Positions 24,101-34,796 of a DNA stretch of 64,000 nucleotides are shown here, piece after piece. The position numbers and the translations under genes were made by a program. The stretch comes from Neophaeotheca triangularis (taxonomy: Eukaryota). The notes below the pieces were generated by a model. It worked only from the letters and a program-made list of their open reading frames with translations. It had not been told where the DNA came from and searched no databases. The stretch is taken from positions 62,001 through 126,000 of the forward strand of contig BAAIJX010000004.1 of the NCBI GenBank assembly GCA_054600435.1, in the 5' to 3' direction. Numbering within the stretch: position 1 is the first letter of the stretch; the number at the start of each line of letters is the position of its first letter.

Positions 24101-27100
24101 TCTCTGGACCCTGACTCCGAGCCTGGCGAGACGGCATCAAGCACTCAACTCTATATCAGCAAGCTCGATCTCTACGGCCACAGACTGTTCGGTTTAGGCC
24201 CAGAGGAAACGCAATACTATACACACTGGGATGTCGATGTGGGCTCCATCACCGGGGAATGCTCCAATACATTCATCAAGGAGCTGGCCAAGGCCGGCAA
24301 AGCTTTTGCATTCACGTTCGAGGACGGGGAGAATGCTCTGCCCATAACGATGCCGTACGAACTTCACGATACGGTCTTCGTGCAGGTACGGACAGAGATT
24401 CTCCGCATTTGGCTTCACGTCGGTAACGATGCGTTGCTCGTGTCTGCCAATCCAGTCAGCGTTGATGTGAACGACTGGTCGCGAGGGAATTTCACTGAGA
24501 GGGTATGCGTACTAGTACCTGATCTCACTTTCGCCTGCGTGGATGCCAAGAGCGCATCGCGAAAACGCGCAAAGGAGTTCCGCAAGAGGCCTGTCAAGAC
24601 GTACGCTTTCTTGCAGACGAGCGTGGCGCTTAATGTTGCCGGCAGACAAAAGGATTTTGACGGACGAGTGAGGAAGCAGCAGGCGCACTTTCGAAAAAAC
24701 GACCAGCGTACTTCCCGTATACCGTTCTTGAAGACTAATCGGGTTGTGAAGGAAGACGATCCTGAGTATTCACCAGACGTCCAAGCACCAGCCCAACAAT
24801 ATCCGGGTCTCCCATCACCCTTGGATCGGCAAGGCCAGCAGTTGCGGAGGCCGGCTTCAGTCAAGTCGACCAGCACTTTCTTCAGCCACAAGTCTGTGGG
24901 TTCCAAGAAGTCCAATTCTTCGCTGGCTGCGTCAATACGTGGTCAGACGCTTGCTGTACCCGGAACTGGCAAGGAAGGCAGTTCAAGAGCATCGTCAAGA
25001 AGCGGCCGCAGCGGCCGTAGCAGCCTGAATTCCTCTGCCCCCTCCTCGCATCCAGCTTTGCCCGGGGATGAGGAACGAGCACGCTTTGGCCTGGCGCCCT
25101 CAACCATGGCCTTCTCAAGCTCTTTCGCTGAGCCCTACTTTCCTCTTGACCTTGTCGAACCTGACCAGACAAATGTGCCTAGAATTCCTGAGCCCGACGA
25201 CGCCGACGATAGCACATTGGATGCTTCCTCGCCATCTGAAGAAATCCACGAGCCTGAGCTTGATCGCGACTTTACCCACACCAACGTTTTTGTCAAGCTT
25301 ACGACAGGTTTGCGTGTATACGCCGAGCCTCAGTTGGCCATTGCCGCAGCCGAGATAGTATCCATGCTGCAGCCCAGTGATCCTGAAGACGCCTTGGATA
25401 ATTTTCAAATGGACGTTCTCGGTGCGATTGTCGGCCAACAGCAAGAACGTCACGGAAGCTCGCAAGTCATCGATGTCAACGTGGAGCTCCCTCGAGCTGC
25501 GCTGCGGATCTCCAACCCAGGTGAAAACGGAGGCGAGTCCGATCAAGTGGATTTGGACCTTACCGACCTGGATTTGAAGCTCCGTATCAAACAGCAACCC
25601 TCGTCCGCTGGGGCTGTGAAATCATTTGCCGTCCACAACACTCTTGATAGTGTTAAGTTGGCCTTGCGGCAAAACAAGGAGGGTACGCTCTCCGATCCAG
25701 CTCTTGAGATGACCGTACGAGACCTCTTGATCTGGCTGGCTTTTGCGGATAACAAGTCCTTGCACGTTCAAGTTCGGGATACTTTGTTCGGCGCTTCTAG
25801 CAGCCAGGCCGGTTATGCAGTTGACTTGATTCTCAGGCTGCTTCCACAGGTGGAAGACATCGTCCAGCGCTTCGCCACTCCGTTGCAGCGCGTGGAACAA
25901 AGACTTCACTGCCTGGTATTGACGTTGACCGAGCATGGCGAGGATGTCCCAGACCCGCCGTTCCTGACACGCATGACATATGTTTTGCGGGCTTTTCCAG
26001 ACCACTACCGCAATCAGGCATCTTGGAAAGTTATATCGCGTTTCCGACACATCTTACAGAGTTTGGAGCAGCACCAGTTCGAGTCTCTCAAGCGTAGGCT
26101 CCAAAGTGACAAACCCGATTGCGGCGAGAACACTGCCGCTAACGTGCTGCAAACCTGGGCACAATGGCGTAATTGGGATGTACCAAACGTCGGGCAAACG
26201 CTGGCGTTCCGCAGGCTGTTCAACGAAGAAGACGCCAAGACAGTTCGTCCGCCTCAGACCAAACCCACGGCGTTGACAGTGCGAGCTGAGACCTTCCGAA
26301 TTGCTGTCGACAAGGGGCCAAAAGGTAGCGAGATCTTGATAGAGGAGACATCACTGGGCGTTGACATCACACCGCCGACCACCCCGACAGGTCTCATGCT
26401 CGTGGAAGAGAACACACGTACCAAAACAGTCATGCAGCTGCACTCCAACGCCATTTCCTTCCTATTTGACTGGGAACTCTGCCGCATCCCCGAGCTCGTA
26501 CTGCCGTACACTTCTCGCATCGCCGGGTTGTCAAGCCAGTCGCCTTACAAAGAGCGTCGCACCGCCGGTCGAGCTCTGGAGGACAACCTAGACCGCCATG
26601 ACTTCCACATTGCCATCTCAACGAGCGAGAGCAGCCTGACCTTCAAGACCATCAATCTGCGCCTCCGATCGCAGGCCGAGACCTTGAAGATGTCGCTGAT
26701 CGGCACTACGCAAGCCAACGAAGAGTACGGCCAAGCTATCAGCGCGCTCATTCATTCCGACGCTGCCATGACCGAATGCTTCGGCCAAGAACGCTGCATT
26801 TGGCAAACTTTGCTCACTGGGCCTAGCTTGTACATTGACCATCTCGAGCCCTCTGAAGGTAAGGATTTTCCGCCTACCGTGACTTTGGCAGCGGCATACA
26901 GAGAACTGCAAGTCCTTATCAAAGAGCCGCTGCCCGGTATCTTACACGTAGCCGACGACATCGTGCTTAACGAGGTCGCCAAGATCAAAGAATTGGTAGA
27001 GGGTTTCACAGCAAACAGCCAGAATCTCCCGGATCAGGCCCTGGTGGGCCCAACAAAGAGCGTTGGTCCGCCAAAGATACACGTCGCGCTGCTGGCGGGA

Positions 27101-30100
27101 AACTTGCATCTAGAAATGTCTCTGCTGCAATCCTTGAGCTACCAGCTTCTCGGTACTGCCGCAAGAGTGCGTATAGCTCCCAGCTTGTCCGAGCACCGGT
27201 TATTGGGGATCGATTTCGACATCGGCAAGCAGAACCACTCGTTTATCAATCGGACTTCGGGCGAACTGGACCAGCAAGAGATCGTCACGGTGCCGCCGAT
27301 CAATGGTCACGTGGGATTGCAGCTCAAAGAGAACGAAACTTCAGTTTCTGTCGTAGCCACCATTGAGCGTATAGAAGTCGACGCCGGTGCCGTGCAAGGC
27401 TTGTTGACCGTGGTCAGTCAGTCGGAAGTCCAGCACATTCTGTCATCAGTCCAGAATGGTGTTACAGAAATCAAAGAACACGTGCAGGAAGTCTTTCCGC
27501 CGCGGGAGAAACCTGGAACAACTGCCCAGTCTGCGGGCAAGGAGATCTTTTACGATGCTCGCTTGGCACTTGCCGGCGTGCGCGTGTCTGCCGTTACGCC
27601 GCATGCCAAAGACGATTGGACTTCTGAGTTAGAGTTTGGGATTGGCCCGTTGCACGCTTCGGTGTCGAACCGGCAGTCTCTGCCGACGAGTGGAGGTATC
27701 AGGTTGCCCGAAGTGCGGGTGCAGATCCGTGGCATCGGGGCGACGCTTGCTACTCGAGATAAAGGGCATCGGCACCAGTGCGGTCATGTCGGCCTGGGAG
27801 CCAATGTTCACTTCACTTCGCGCACGGATGACGACGGGAAACTGCTGCGCGAGCTCAAGATACACAGCCACGGTATTGGCATCGATTTCTACCCTGATAC
27901 AGCTTCCACGATTGTGGATATTGTCAATCACCTCCAAAACCGGATCAAGGAGCTTGACCTGTCCAAAGAACGTGACTACATCCGCAGACTGCGCGACTCG
28001 AGGCGCGAGAAGGTCGTGGAAAAAATCAAGAGCCGGCGCGAAGATGCTGGCGGAGACCAACAGTCGACCTTCTCGACCGACGATCTGTTGTCAACGACTG
28101 TGACGTTCGAGCTGACGGCTATCAAAGCCGTCTGGCATGTCAGTACGGTATTCGCAGCACAAGGCAACGGAAGGGTGGAGAATCCTGTTCTCTCGCTCGC
28201 CCGGATATGCTTTACAACGCACGGCGGCAACGAGGCGCGGCTTACGATCGACGACTTGCAGTTGCAGCTTACACCCAAGACGCAGAGCGATACTAAGCGC
28301 ACTCTCAACTCTGCGTTGCTACCCGAGATTGGTTTCAGCGTTGCTTACTGGCGAGGAGACCGCGGGAGGCGTCTGGCTTTCAAAGCGACGGGTAAGCCCC
28401 TGGATTTGCGACTGGAGTCCAAGTTCTTGATCCCGGTTAGTGCTGTACAGAGGTCTATGGAGTATGCCAAGAGCAAGTTCCAAAAAGGCACAGCGACTTG
28501 GAAGAGCACCCAGACTTCTGGTGGTGCCCCAAGGGCCAATTTGCTGGGCAACAAGGGCATCGCTTCTATTCTCGTGGAAGCCGAGTTTGCTGGTGCAAAC
28601 GTCTATCTACAAGGCGCGGGCGCTGGTAACAGCAGTATCTCGGCTATTGCGGCTTCGGCGCAGGAGCATGGTGCGCAGCATGGCAGATACGGGCAGTTTG
28701 CCGCCGAGGGCAAACTCATGCACACCAGCCTGAGCGCTCCGGGTATCGCGCTGAAATTACAGTACAACGATGGCAGTCGAGAGGGGAGAGAGTCGATTAT
28801 CAACACCGAGCTCCGCGTTGATGCCTCCAGCAATTCGCTGCTTCCCAACGTGGTACCACTCGTACTCGAGATCTCAAACAGTGTCAAAGATGCTTTTGGC
28901 AGTCGGGAGAGCGAGGCGAAGAAGCCACCTGAACCGTCTCAAGAACATCGGGACTCGAGTGCCACGCAAGAGACTTTCATCAACGCCGATCCATCTCAGA
29001 TCTTCGGCAAGACCAAAGTCAATATCGGAATTCGCGTCAAGAAGCAGGAATTCAGCTTGACATGCCAGCCTATTGCGAGAATTGACGCAGCGGCGAGATT
29101 GGACGACTTCTACCTGACCATGAACACTATCGATTCGGACGAGCACGGGCACTTCTTTGCTGTCTCGGCGGTGCTTACCAAGGTCGACGCGCACGTCAAG
29201 CACATGTATTCGCGCGAGCCTACTTTCAGCTTCGACATGGATTCGATTGTATTGTCGTTGATGAACAGCAAGCACTTGAGCGGCGTCAATGGCGTTTCTG
29301 CGATTTTGAAGATCAACCCCACGAGAACCACCATCAACGCCAAGCAGCTACAAGACTTGTTACTGTTTCGGGAGATTTGGCTGCCTCCGGAGATACGTAA
29401 TCCTCAGCAGCCCAACTCCCAGCCACAACAAGACCAGCAACAGCAACGGGCGGATGACTACTTGGTCAATCGCTACCAGACGGTTGCGGCGGCGGCGGCT
29501 TTCCCTTGGAACGCTACAATCACAATCGCCGAGCTGGGCGCGGATCTTGACCTTGGCCAGAGTGTTGGAAAATCGTCCTTTACCATTCGCAACCTGTGGG
29601 CCTCGTCGCAAAAGTCTTCGGATTGGGAGCAAAACATGTGCATTGGGATGGATCACATGGGTATGGAGAGTTCAGGCAGGATGAGCGGCTTCATCGAGCT
29701 GGGAAAGCTCGGCGTCCGCACTTCCATCAAGTGGCCCGAAGGCGACGAGCTCAAGAGGAAGACGCCTTTGGTTCAGGCATCTGTGGGTTTCCAACGACTG
29801 CGTGCCAAGGCTTCTTTTGACTACCAGCCTTTCGCTTTTGGTGATATTGGGGGGTTCGACTTCCTCATGTACAACGTCCGTGAGGCGAGTCAAGGGACGC
29901 GAGACCGCTTGGTAGCTGTGCTGGATTGCGCCAAAGCCTACGTGTTCTGCACTTCTACCAGTCCGGCTCAAGCTCTCGCTCTGTACCAAGCCTTTGACCG
30001 CTTGATTCAAGAGAAGCAGACGGCGTACGTTCAGTCGCTAAGGGACATCGAGAAGCACCTCCGGCGCCAGAGCACTGTCGTACCCACGCGCTTCGGGCCT

Positions 30101-31210
30101 CAGGTCGACAATTCTCCAGCAGTCGCCTCGCAAAAGAAGTCGATCATCTCCCTCAACACTGATGTAGTCCTCACACTCGGCTCCATCAGCGTCGGCGCCT
30201 TCCCCTCGACCTTCTTCGACCGCCAAATCCTCAAGCTCGAGGCCAACAACATCCAGGCCCGCTTCGCAGTCGGGCTAGAAAAAGGCCGCATCCACAGCGG
30301 TTTGGGCATGACGCTCGGCCAGCTGCAAGTCGCTCTAGCCGCCGTGAAACGGCGTGCAGTTCCCAAGTCCCTCGGCGACATCAGCGTCGACGAAGTCATC
30401 GACAGCGCCGTGACATCCAGCGGCGGCACCATCCTCCGCGTCCCCAAAGTCGTCGCCAGCATGCAGACATGGCAAACGCCCGACACCAACGCCGTCGACT
30501 ACATTTTCAAATCGCTCTTCGAAGGCAAAATCGACGTGGGCTGGAATCTGTCCCGCATCAATTTCATCAAAGGCATGTACACTACCCACTCCCGCTCCCT
30601 GGCATCCCGATTGGGGAAACCACTCCCGCAGTCGGCAGTGAAAATCACCGCCGGCCCACAAGCCGGCTCCAACACTCCGCAAGCCAACAAAGAAAGCACC
30701 CCCTCGACGCTCCAAAACACTCTCGACTCCGCGCGCTCGTCGGCCGAATCCGCCGCCCAGCGCAACAGCCCGGACGACAGTGAGCAAGCGAAAATCACCG
30801 CCGAGGTCAATTTGCCGCAGTCCAAATACACTTACACGCCCCTCGAGGAGCCGGTGATTGAGACTCCGCAATTGCGGGATATGGGCGAGGCGACGCCACC
30901 GCTGGAGTGGATCGGGCTGCATCGTGAGAGGTTGCCGAATGTCACGCATCAAATTGTTATTGTTAGTTTGCTGGAGATTGCTAGGGAGGTGGGCGAGGGG
31001 TATGAGCGGATTTTGGGGAGCAGTCGGGAGGTTGGAGGGATGGGGGAGCGGGAGCTTGAAGAGCGGCGGGAGCAAGAGGGTGACGGCTTGGGCGAGGTGG
31101 AGGATGGAGCTGGGGAGAAGAACGGTGGGGAAGATTGGGAGCGTAGTAAAGGTAAAGGAAGGGGGAAGGCGAATGGCAAGGGTAGGGAGGAAGGCAAGGA
31201 CAAGGCTTGA
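21161..31210 (+). CDS. CSF1: Csf1 / BLTP1-family bridge-like lipid transfer protein
   Basis: Single-exon 3349-aa ORF. N-terminal TM (FNWVFLVELVVCAILAVFFLFYFNRLFA), YGPWADRQR motif, and C-terminal PVIETPQLRDMGEATPPLEWIGLHR typical of Csf1. Confidence 0.92.
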   Translation: MDSESFTGEPLGPSGGFNWVFLVELVVCAILAVFFLFYFNRLFATLVSYGVRAFTWHKYRAYIDITALQISLLGGRLFFKSLSYQAHNETVLVHDGHITWRYWLPVVKEAEIFKEQDGKQAKRGRKQEASGSDRSDKNVDEKAGSEDGSRSESPGRAENAGQKPKKELPCRISIKVSGVEAFIYNNSLSYDAVANATKAHAQRQNSGSSDDQASSEDQDSSSASEKEKIFPKVSKTATQHTEGTEKSDNLNTTPSPSQEPSKKANIPAWLRMLPIKIECKKAAAAVGNEHTTSVITAKLEHAVGTVDASSSNPLDLYKLLLAFDFEKINVQMRPNRDFKQKQLDSAQRVLQERETQEPPNDGFNVRPIQRARSIWLALTKSFSFRKKSSGSVRTASYTSSGPKGDKDLKHRVEDQQPGNAPWHGLTRYLDDNDVNEHEEWDPVEYARCSTIVDCERVGMCFHFDMPGTVPPVIEDPEMLADGIYEDDMNGAKPPDYGLDLYVHGGTVTYGPWADRQRLVLQSVFFPQTFVDAKRPERLKVGDTRVATVMKIFVSVEEDVVLRIPTREPSKDFKWKGRSKMGMTDEDEHGNQGKGRSKHGRKFNKRLRKGKTGPSGADIRPYAWLDIKVEKDTVVNYTMDYFIRKDSYVNKLDIDCKGLEMNSSVNHGLLWRSGPLSLEADLSMAETWNTLRRWPFKIVVDDMRLFILRDHFFLIIDIVNDWSSGPMPDFFTFVPYLYKMDLTLNNWIMYLNTNDANIINDPADFDGNDYLTLEGKILAAVLDIPQQTYRPLRNQIGFDCLCTDMSMRMLNSSRNTLRTLLHDKLVATLPRLTLKGSFNSNMEVGEGLVDCLRMDLVGTGLDLKAYGYLVGKHFINVKENYFGDYIHFKTLEEFQNAADDFQTANEKTAFANEPKAKDGNELDVILCIVAEDASVLAPTNLYSMREHVRAELPYGAIDIRINSYYFDMAINMSPISILSGSSLDPDSEPGETASSTQLYISKLDLYGHRLFGLGPEETQYYTHWDVDVGSITGECSNTFIKELAKAGKAFAFTFEDGENALPITMPYELHDTVFVQVRTEILRIWLHVGNDALLVSANPVSVDVNDWSRGNFTERVCVLVPDLTFACVDAKSASRKRAKEFRKRPVKTYAFLQTSVALNVAGRQKDFDGRVRKQQAHFRKNDQRTSRIPFLKTNRVVKEDDPEYSPDVQAPAQQYPGLPSPLDRQGQQLRRPASVKSTSTFFSHKSVGSKKSNSSLAASIRGQTLAVPGTGKEGSSRASSRSGRSGRSSLNSSAPSSHPALPGDEERARFGLAPSTMAFSSSFAEPYFPLDLVEPDQTNVPRIPEPDDADDSTLDASSPSEEIHEPELDRDFTHTNVFVKLTTGLRVYAEPQLAIAAAEIVSMLQPSDPEDALDNFQMDVLGAIVGQQQERHGSSQVIDVNVELPRAALRISNPGENGGESDQVDLDLTDLDLKLRIKQQPSSAGAVKSFAVHNTLDSVKLALRQNKEGTLSDPALEMTVRDLLIWLAFADNKSLHVQVRDTLFGASSSQAGYAVDLILRLLPQVEDIVQRFATPLQRVEQRLHCLVLTLTEHGEDVPDPPFLTRMTYVLRAFPDHYRNQASWKVISRFRHILQSLEQHQFESLKRRLQSDKPDCGENTAANVLQTWAQWRNWDVPNVGQTLAFRRLFNEEDAKTVRPPQTKPTALTVRAETFRIAVDKGPKGSEILIEETSLGVDITPPTTPTGLMLVEENTRTKTVMQLHSNAISFLFDWELCRIPELVLPYTSRIAGLSSQSPYKERRTAGRALEDNLDRHDFHIAISTSESSLTFKTINLRLRSQAETLKMSLIGTTQANEEYGQAISALIHSDAAMTECFGQERCIWQTLLTGPSLYIDHLEPSEGKDFPPTVTLAAAYRELQVLIKEPLPGILHVADDIVLNEVAKIKELVEGFTANSQNLPDQALVGPTKSVGPPKIHVALLAGNLHLEMSLLQSLSYQLLGTAARVRIAPSLSEHRLLGIDFDIGKQNHSFINRTSGELDQQEIVTVPPINGHVGLQLKENETSVSVVATIERIEVDAGAVQGLLTVVSQSEVQHILSSVQNGVTEIKEHVQEVFPPREKPGTTAQSAGKEIFYDARLALAGVRVSAVTPHAKDDWTSELEFGIGPLHASVSNRQSLPTSGGIRLPEVRVQIRGIGATLATRDKGHRHQCGHVGLGANVHFTSRTDDDGKLLRELKIHSHGIGIDFYPDTASTIVDIVNHLQNRIKELDLSKERDYIRRLRDSRREKVVEKIKSRREDAGGDQQSTFSTDDLLSTTVTFELTAIKAVWHVSTVFAAQGNGRVENPVLSLARICFTTHGGNEARLTIDDLQLQLTPKTQSDTKRTLNSALLPEIGFSVAYWRGDRGRRLAFKATGKPLDLRLESKFLIPVSAVQRSMEYAKSKFQKGTATWKSTQTSGGAPRANLLGNKGIASILVEAEFAGANVYLQGAGAGNSSISAIAASAQEHGAQHGRYGQFAAEGKLMHTSLSAPGIALKLQYNDGSREGRESIINTELRVDASSNSLLPNVVPLVLEISNSVKDAFGSRESEAKKPPEPSQEHRDSSATQETFINADPSQIFGKTKVNIGIRVKKQEFSLTCQPIARIDAAARLDDFYLTMNTIDSDEHGHFFAVSAVLTKVDAHVKHMYSREPTFSFDMDSIVLSLMNSKHLSGVNGVSAILKINPTRTTINAKQLQDLLLFREIWLPPEIRNPQQPNSQPQQDQQQQRADDYLVNRYQTVAAAAAFPWNATITIAELGADLDLGQSVGKSSFTIRNLWASSQKSSDWEQNMCIGMDHMGMESSGRMSGFIELGKLGVRTSIKWPEGDELKRKTPLVQASVGFQRLRAKASFDYQPFAFGDIGGFDFLMYNVREASQGTRDRLVAVLDCAKAYVFCTSTSPAQALALYQAFDRLIQEKQTAYVQSLRDIEKHLRRQSTVVPTRFGPQVDNSPAVASQKKSIISLNTDVVLTLGSISVGAFPSTFFDRQILKLEANNIQARFAVGLEKGRIHSGLGMTLGQLQVALAAVKRRAVPKSLGDISVDEVIDSAVTSSGGTILRVPKVVASMQTWQTPDTNAVDYIFKSLFEGKIDVGWNLSRINFIKGMYTTHSRSLASRLGKPLPQSAVKITAGPQAGSNTPQANKESTPSTLQNTLDSARSSAESAAQRNSPDDSEQAKITAEVNLPQSKYTYTPLEEPVIETPQLRDMGEATPPLEWIGLHRERLPNVTHQIVIVSLLEIAREVGEGYERILGSSREVGGMGERELEERREQEGDGLGEVEDGAGEKNGGEDWERSKGKGRGKANGKGREEGKDKA

Positions 31211-31849
31211 CTTTTGAAGCATTAGCGAGGCGTTTGGTGGGCTGGAGGCTGGGTTTTCCGGTATTGTTGGAGTCGTCTAACACAATTGACTGATTGTGTA
31301 TTGAGTCATACTTTTGTAATCAATATTCATATAGAGAGAATCGTGTTCATTGGTGATACTCTTGGTATGGGATTGATTGATACTTGTACTGTAAGCAACT
31401 CTTTGGTGACTCGAACGAATTTCATGTTCAACTTTCATCATATTGTCGTCGAACATGTTGGATGAATCAACGATGAGTCTCCTGAATATCATCTTTACTT
31501 GACGTTGCAACAAGAGAGCTGGTTGGGCATGAATACGCATAGTTATGTCAGCGTGGACATTCAGTACTTTAGTCAACTTAAGGTAACTTATAGGTAGGTA
31601 ACCTAAGGTCAAACGATAAGATAGCACGGACCATTCATTTGTCCCGCCGCCAGCTAGCGCCGATTATTGAAGCCCCACCGCCCACATTTGGTGGGAGAGT
31701 AAATTCTCTCGCTTTGAAACCTCTCATCACCTCGCCGTCGCTGCTTGACTTCTCTTCTCTCTCCACCTTCGCCCTCACCGCCACCACCACCTTCTTCTCT
31801 CCCTCACCACCACCACCACCACCACTTTACAACAAGAAGCCTTTGCGAG

Positions 31850-31922
31850 GTACATTTACACCACCACCATCTGCTGCCTCCTGCCCAACTTCTCCCTCAC
31901 TGACACTCCTTCTCCTCTCCAG
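31850..31922 (+). other. Probable 5'-UTR intron of the eEF2 gene
   Basis: GTACAT...CACTGAC...pyrimidine tract...CAG, about 120 nt upstream of the ATG. Confidence 0.6.
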
Positions 31923-32043
31923 GCAGTCTATCCAAGCGAGGTCATCGACTGCGCTCAAAGCACTCGAAGCGGGGCATTTCTAAGCCCAACTGCGCGGAAA
32001 ACTTTTACCTCACCCCTCATAACAACAAGACAACACCGCCAAG

Positions 32044-34796
32044 ATGGTCAAGTAAGTTTGGCCCTATACACGACGACGTAAAGAGGAGGCTCAATGGCGG
32101 GCGGCACCAGACCTTGACAATGCTGGTGGTAGTGGTCCTGGTGGTGGTGACGGTGGTGATGGTGATTATGCCGGTGGCGGCGCTGACAATACTCCACCCA
32201 CAGCTTCACCGTCGAGGAGATCCGTGGTCTCATGGACACTCCCAAGAACATCCGTAACATGTCCGTCATTGCCCACGTCGACCACGGAAAGTCTACCCTC
32301 ACCGACTCCCTCGTCCAGCGCGCGGGTATCATTTCGGCCAAGAACGCTGGTTCAGCCCGTTTCACCGATACCCGTCCCGATGAGCAGGAGCGTGGTGTCA
32401 CCATCAAGTCGACCGCCATCTCCCTGTTCGCCCAGCTCGGCGACCCAGAGGACATGAAGGACATTATCGGCTCCAGCAAGACCCCCGACGAGAAGAACGA
32501 GTTCTTGGTCAACTTGATCGACTCGCCCGGTCACGTTGACTTTTCCTCCGAAGTCACTGCTGCTCTCCGTGTCACCGATGGTGCTCTCGTCGTCGTCGAC
32601 ACCATCGAAGGTGTGTGCGTGCAAACCGAGACTGTGCTCCGCCAGGCTCTCGGTGAGCGTATCAAGCCTGTCGTTGTCATCAACAAGGTCGACCGTGCGT
32701 TGCTCGAACTGCAACTCTCCAAGGAAGACCTGTTCCAGAACTTCTCCCGTGTCATCGAGTCCGTCAACGTCGTCATCTCCACCTACTTCGACAAGGCGCT
32801 TGGTGACGTCCAGGTCTACCCCGACAGAGGTACCGTCGCTTTCGGTTCCGGTCTTCACGGCTGGGCCTTCACCGTCAGGCAGTTCGCCACCAGGTACGCC
32901 AAGAAGTTTGGTGTCGACAAGACCAAGATGATGGAGAGGCTTTGGGTGAGTTTCGAACACTCCGTTAATTTTGAAAGTGAATGATTTCTAACTCTCTATC
33001 AGGGCGACAACTACTTCAACCCCAAGACCAAGAAGTGGACCAAGACCGGTACCCACGAGGGCCAGCCTCTTGAGCGTGCCTTCAACCAGTTCTGTCTTGA
33101 CCCCATTTTCCGCATTTTCGATGCCATCATGAACTTCAAGAAGGAGGAGATCCCCAAGCTTCTCGAAAAGCTCGAAGTCAAGCTTGTTGGTGACGAGAGG
33201 GACCTCGAGGGCAAGCAGCTCCTCAAGGTGGTCATGCGCAAGTTCTTGCCCGCCGCCGACGCTCTCTTGGAGATGATGATTCTCCACCTGCCATCTCCCG
33301 TCACGGCCCAGAAGTACCGTATGGAGACTCTCTACGAGGGTCCCCCTGACGATGAGGCCGCCATTGCCATCCGTGACTGTGACCACAAGGGCCAGCTCAT
33401 GTTGTACGTCTCCAAGATGGTGCCGACCTCCGACAAGGGTCGTTTCTACGCCTTCGGTCGTGTCTTCGCCGGTACCGCCCGTTCCGGTCTCAAGGTCCGC
33501 ATTCAGGGCCCCAACTACACCCCTGGTCGCAAGGAGGACATGTTCATCAAGAGCATCCAGCGTACCATTCTCATGATGGGTCGCTACACTGAGCCCATCG
33601 AGGATGTGCCCGCCGGTAACATTCTCGGTCTCGTTGGTATCGACCAGTTCTTGCTCAAGTCTGGTACCCTCACCACTTCCGAGACCGCCCACAACCTCAA
33701 GGTCATGAAGTTCTCCGTCTCCCCCGTCGTGCAGCGCTCCGTCGAGGTCAAGAACGCCAACGATCTGCCCAAGTTGGTCGAAGGTCTCAAGCGTCTGTCC
33801 AAGTCCGACCCTTGCGTCTTGACCATGATCAACGAGTCTGGCGAGCACGTTGTCGCTGGTGCTGGTGAGCTCCACTTGGAGATTTGCTTGCGCGATCTCG
33901 AGGAGGACCACGCTGGTGTGCCCCTCCGCATCTCCGACCCTGTTGTGCAGTACCGTGAGTCTGTCAACGGCGAGTCGAGCATGACTGCCCTGTCCAAGTC
34001 GCCCAACAAGCACAACCGTCTCTACCTGACCGCCCAGCCTTTAGCTGAGGAGGTTTGCAAGGACATTGAGCAGGGCCGCATCACCCCCCGTGACGACTTC
34101 AAGGCTCGTGCCCGTATCCTTGCCGACGACCACGGTTGGGATGTCACCGACGCCAGGAAGATCTGGTGTTTCGGTCCCGACACCAACGGTGCCAACTTGC
34201 TCGTTGACCAGACCAAGGCCGTGCAGTACCTCAACGAAATCAAGGACTCCGTCGTCTCTGGTTTCCAATGGGCCACCAAGGAAGGTCCCGTTGCCGAAGA
34301 GCCCATGCGCTCGGTCCGCTTCAACATCATGGATGTCACCCTCCACGCTGACGCCATTCACCGTGGTGGTGGACAAATCATCCCTACGGCCCGTCGTGTC
34401 CTCTACGCCGCCACCCTGCTCGCTGACCCCGGTCTCCTCGAGCCCGTCTTCTTGGTCGAGATCCAGGTCCCCGAGCAAGCCATGGGTGGTATCTACAGCG
34501 TGCTCACCCGCCGTCGTGGACACGTTTTCGAGGAGACCCAGCGTCCCGGTACTCCCCTCTTCACCGTCAAGGCTTACCTGCCCGTCAACGAGTCTTTCGG
34601 TTTCAACGCCGACCTGCGCTCCAACACCTCCGGCCAGGCTTTCCCCCAGTCCGTCTTCGACCACTGGCAGCTGCTTCCCGGTGGCAGCCCGCTCGACAAG
34701 ACCTCCAAGGTCGGCGAGATTGTTGCCGAGATGCGCAAGCGCAAGGGTATCAAGATCGATGTGCCCGACTACACGAACTACTACGACAAGTTGTAA
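32044..34796 (+). CDS. EFT2: Translation elongation factor 2
   Basis: Exons 32044-32051, 32204-32945 and 33003-34796. MVNFTVEEIR..., G1 [21 protein letters not shown], diphthamide loop [11 protein letters not shown], end YYDKL. Strong codon bias. Confidence 0.99.
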
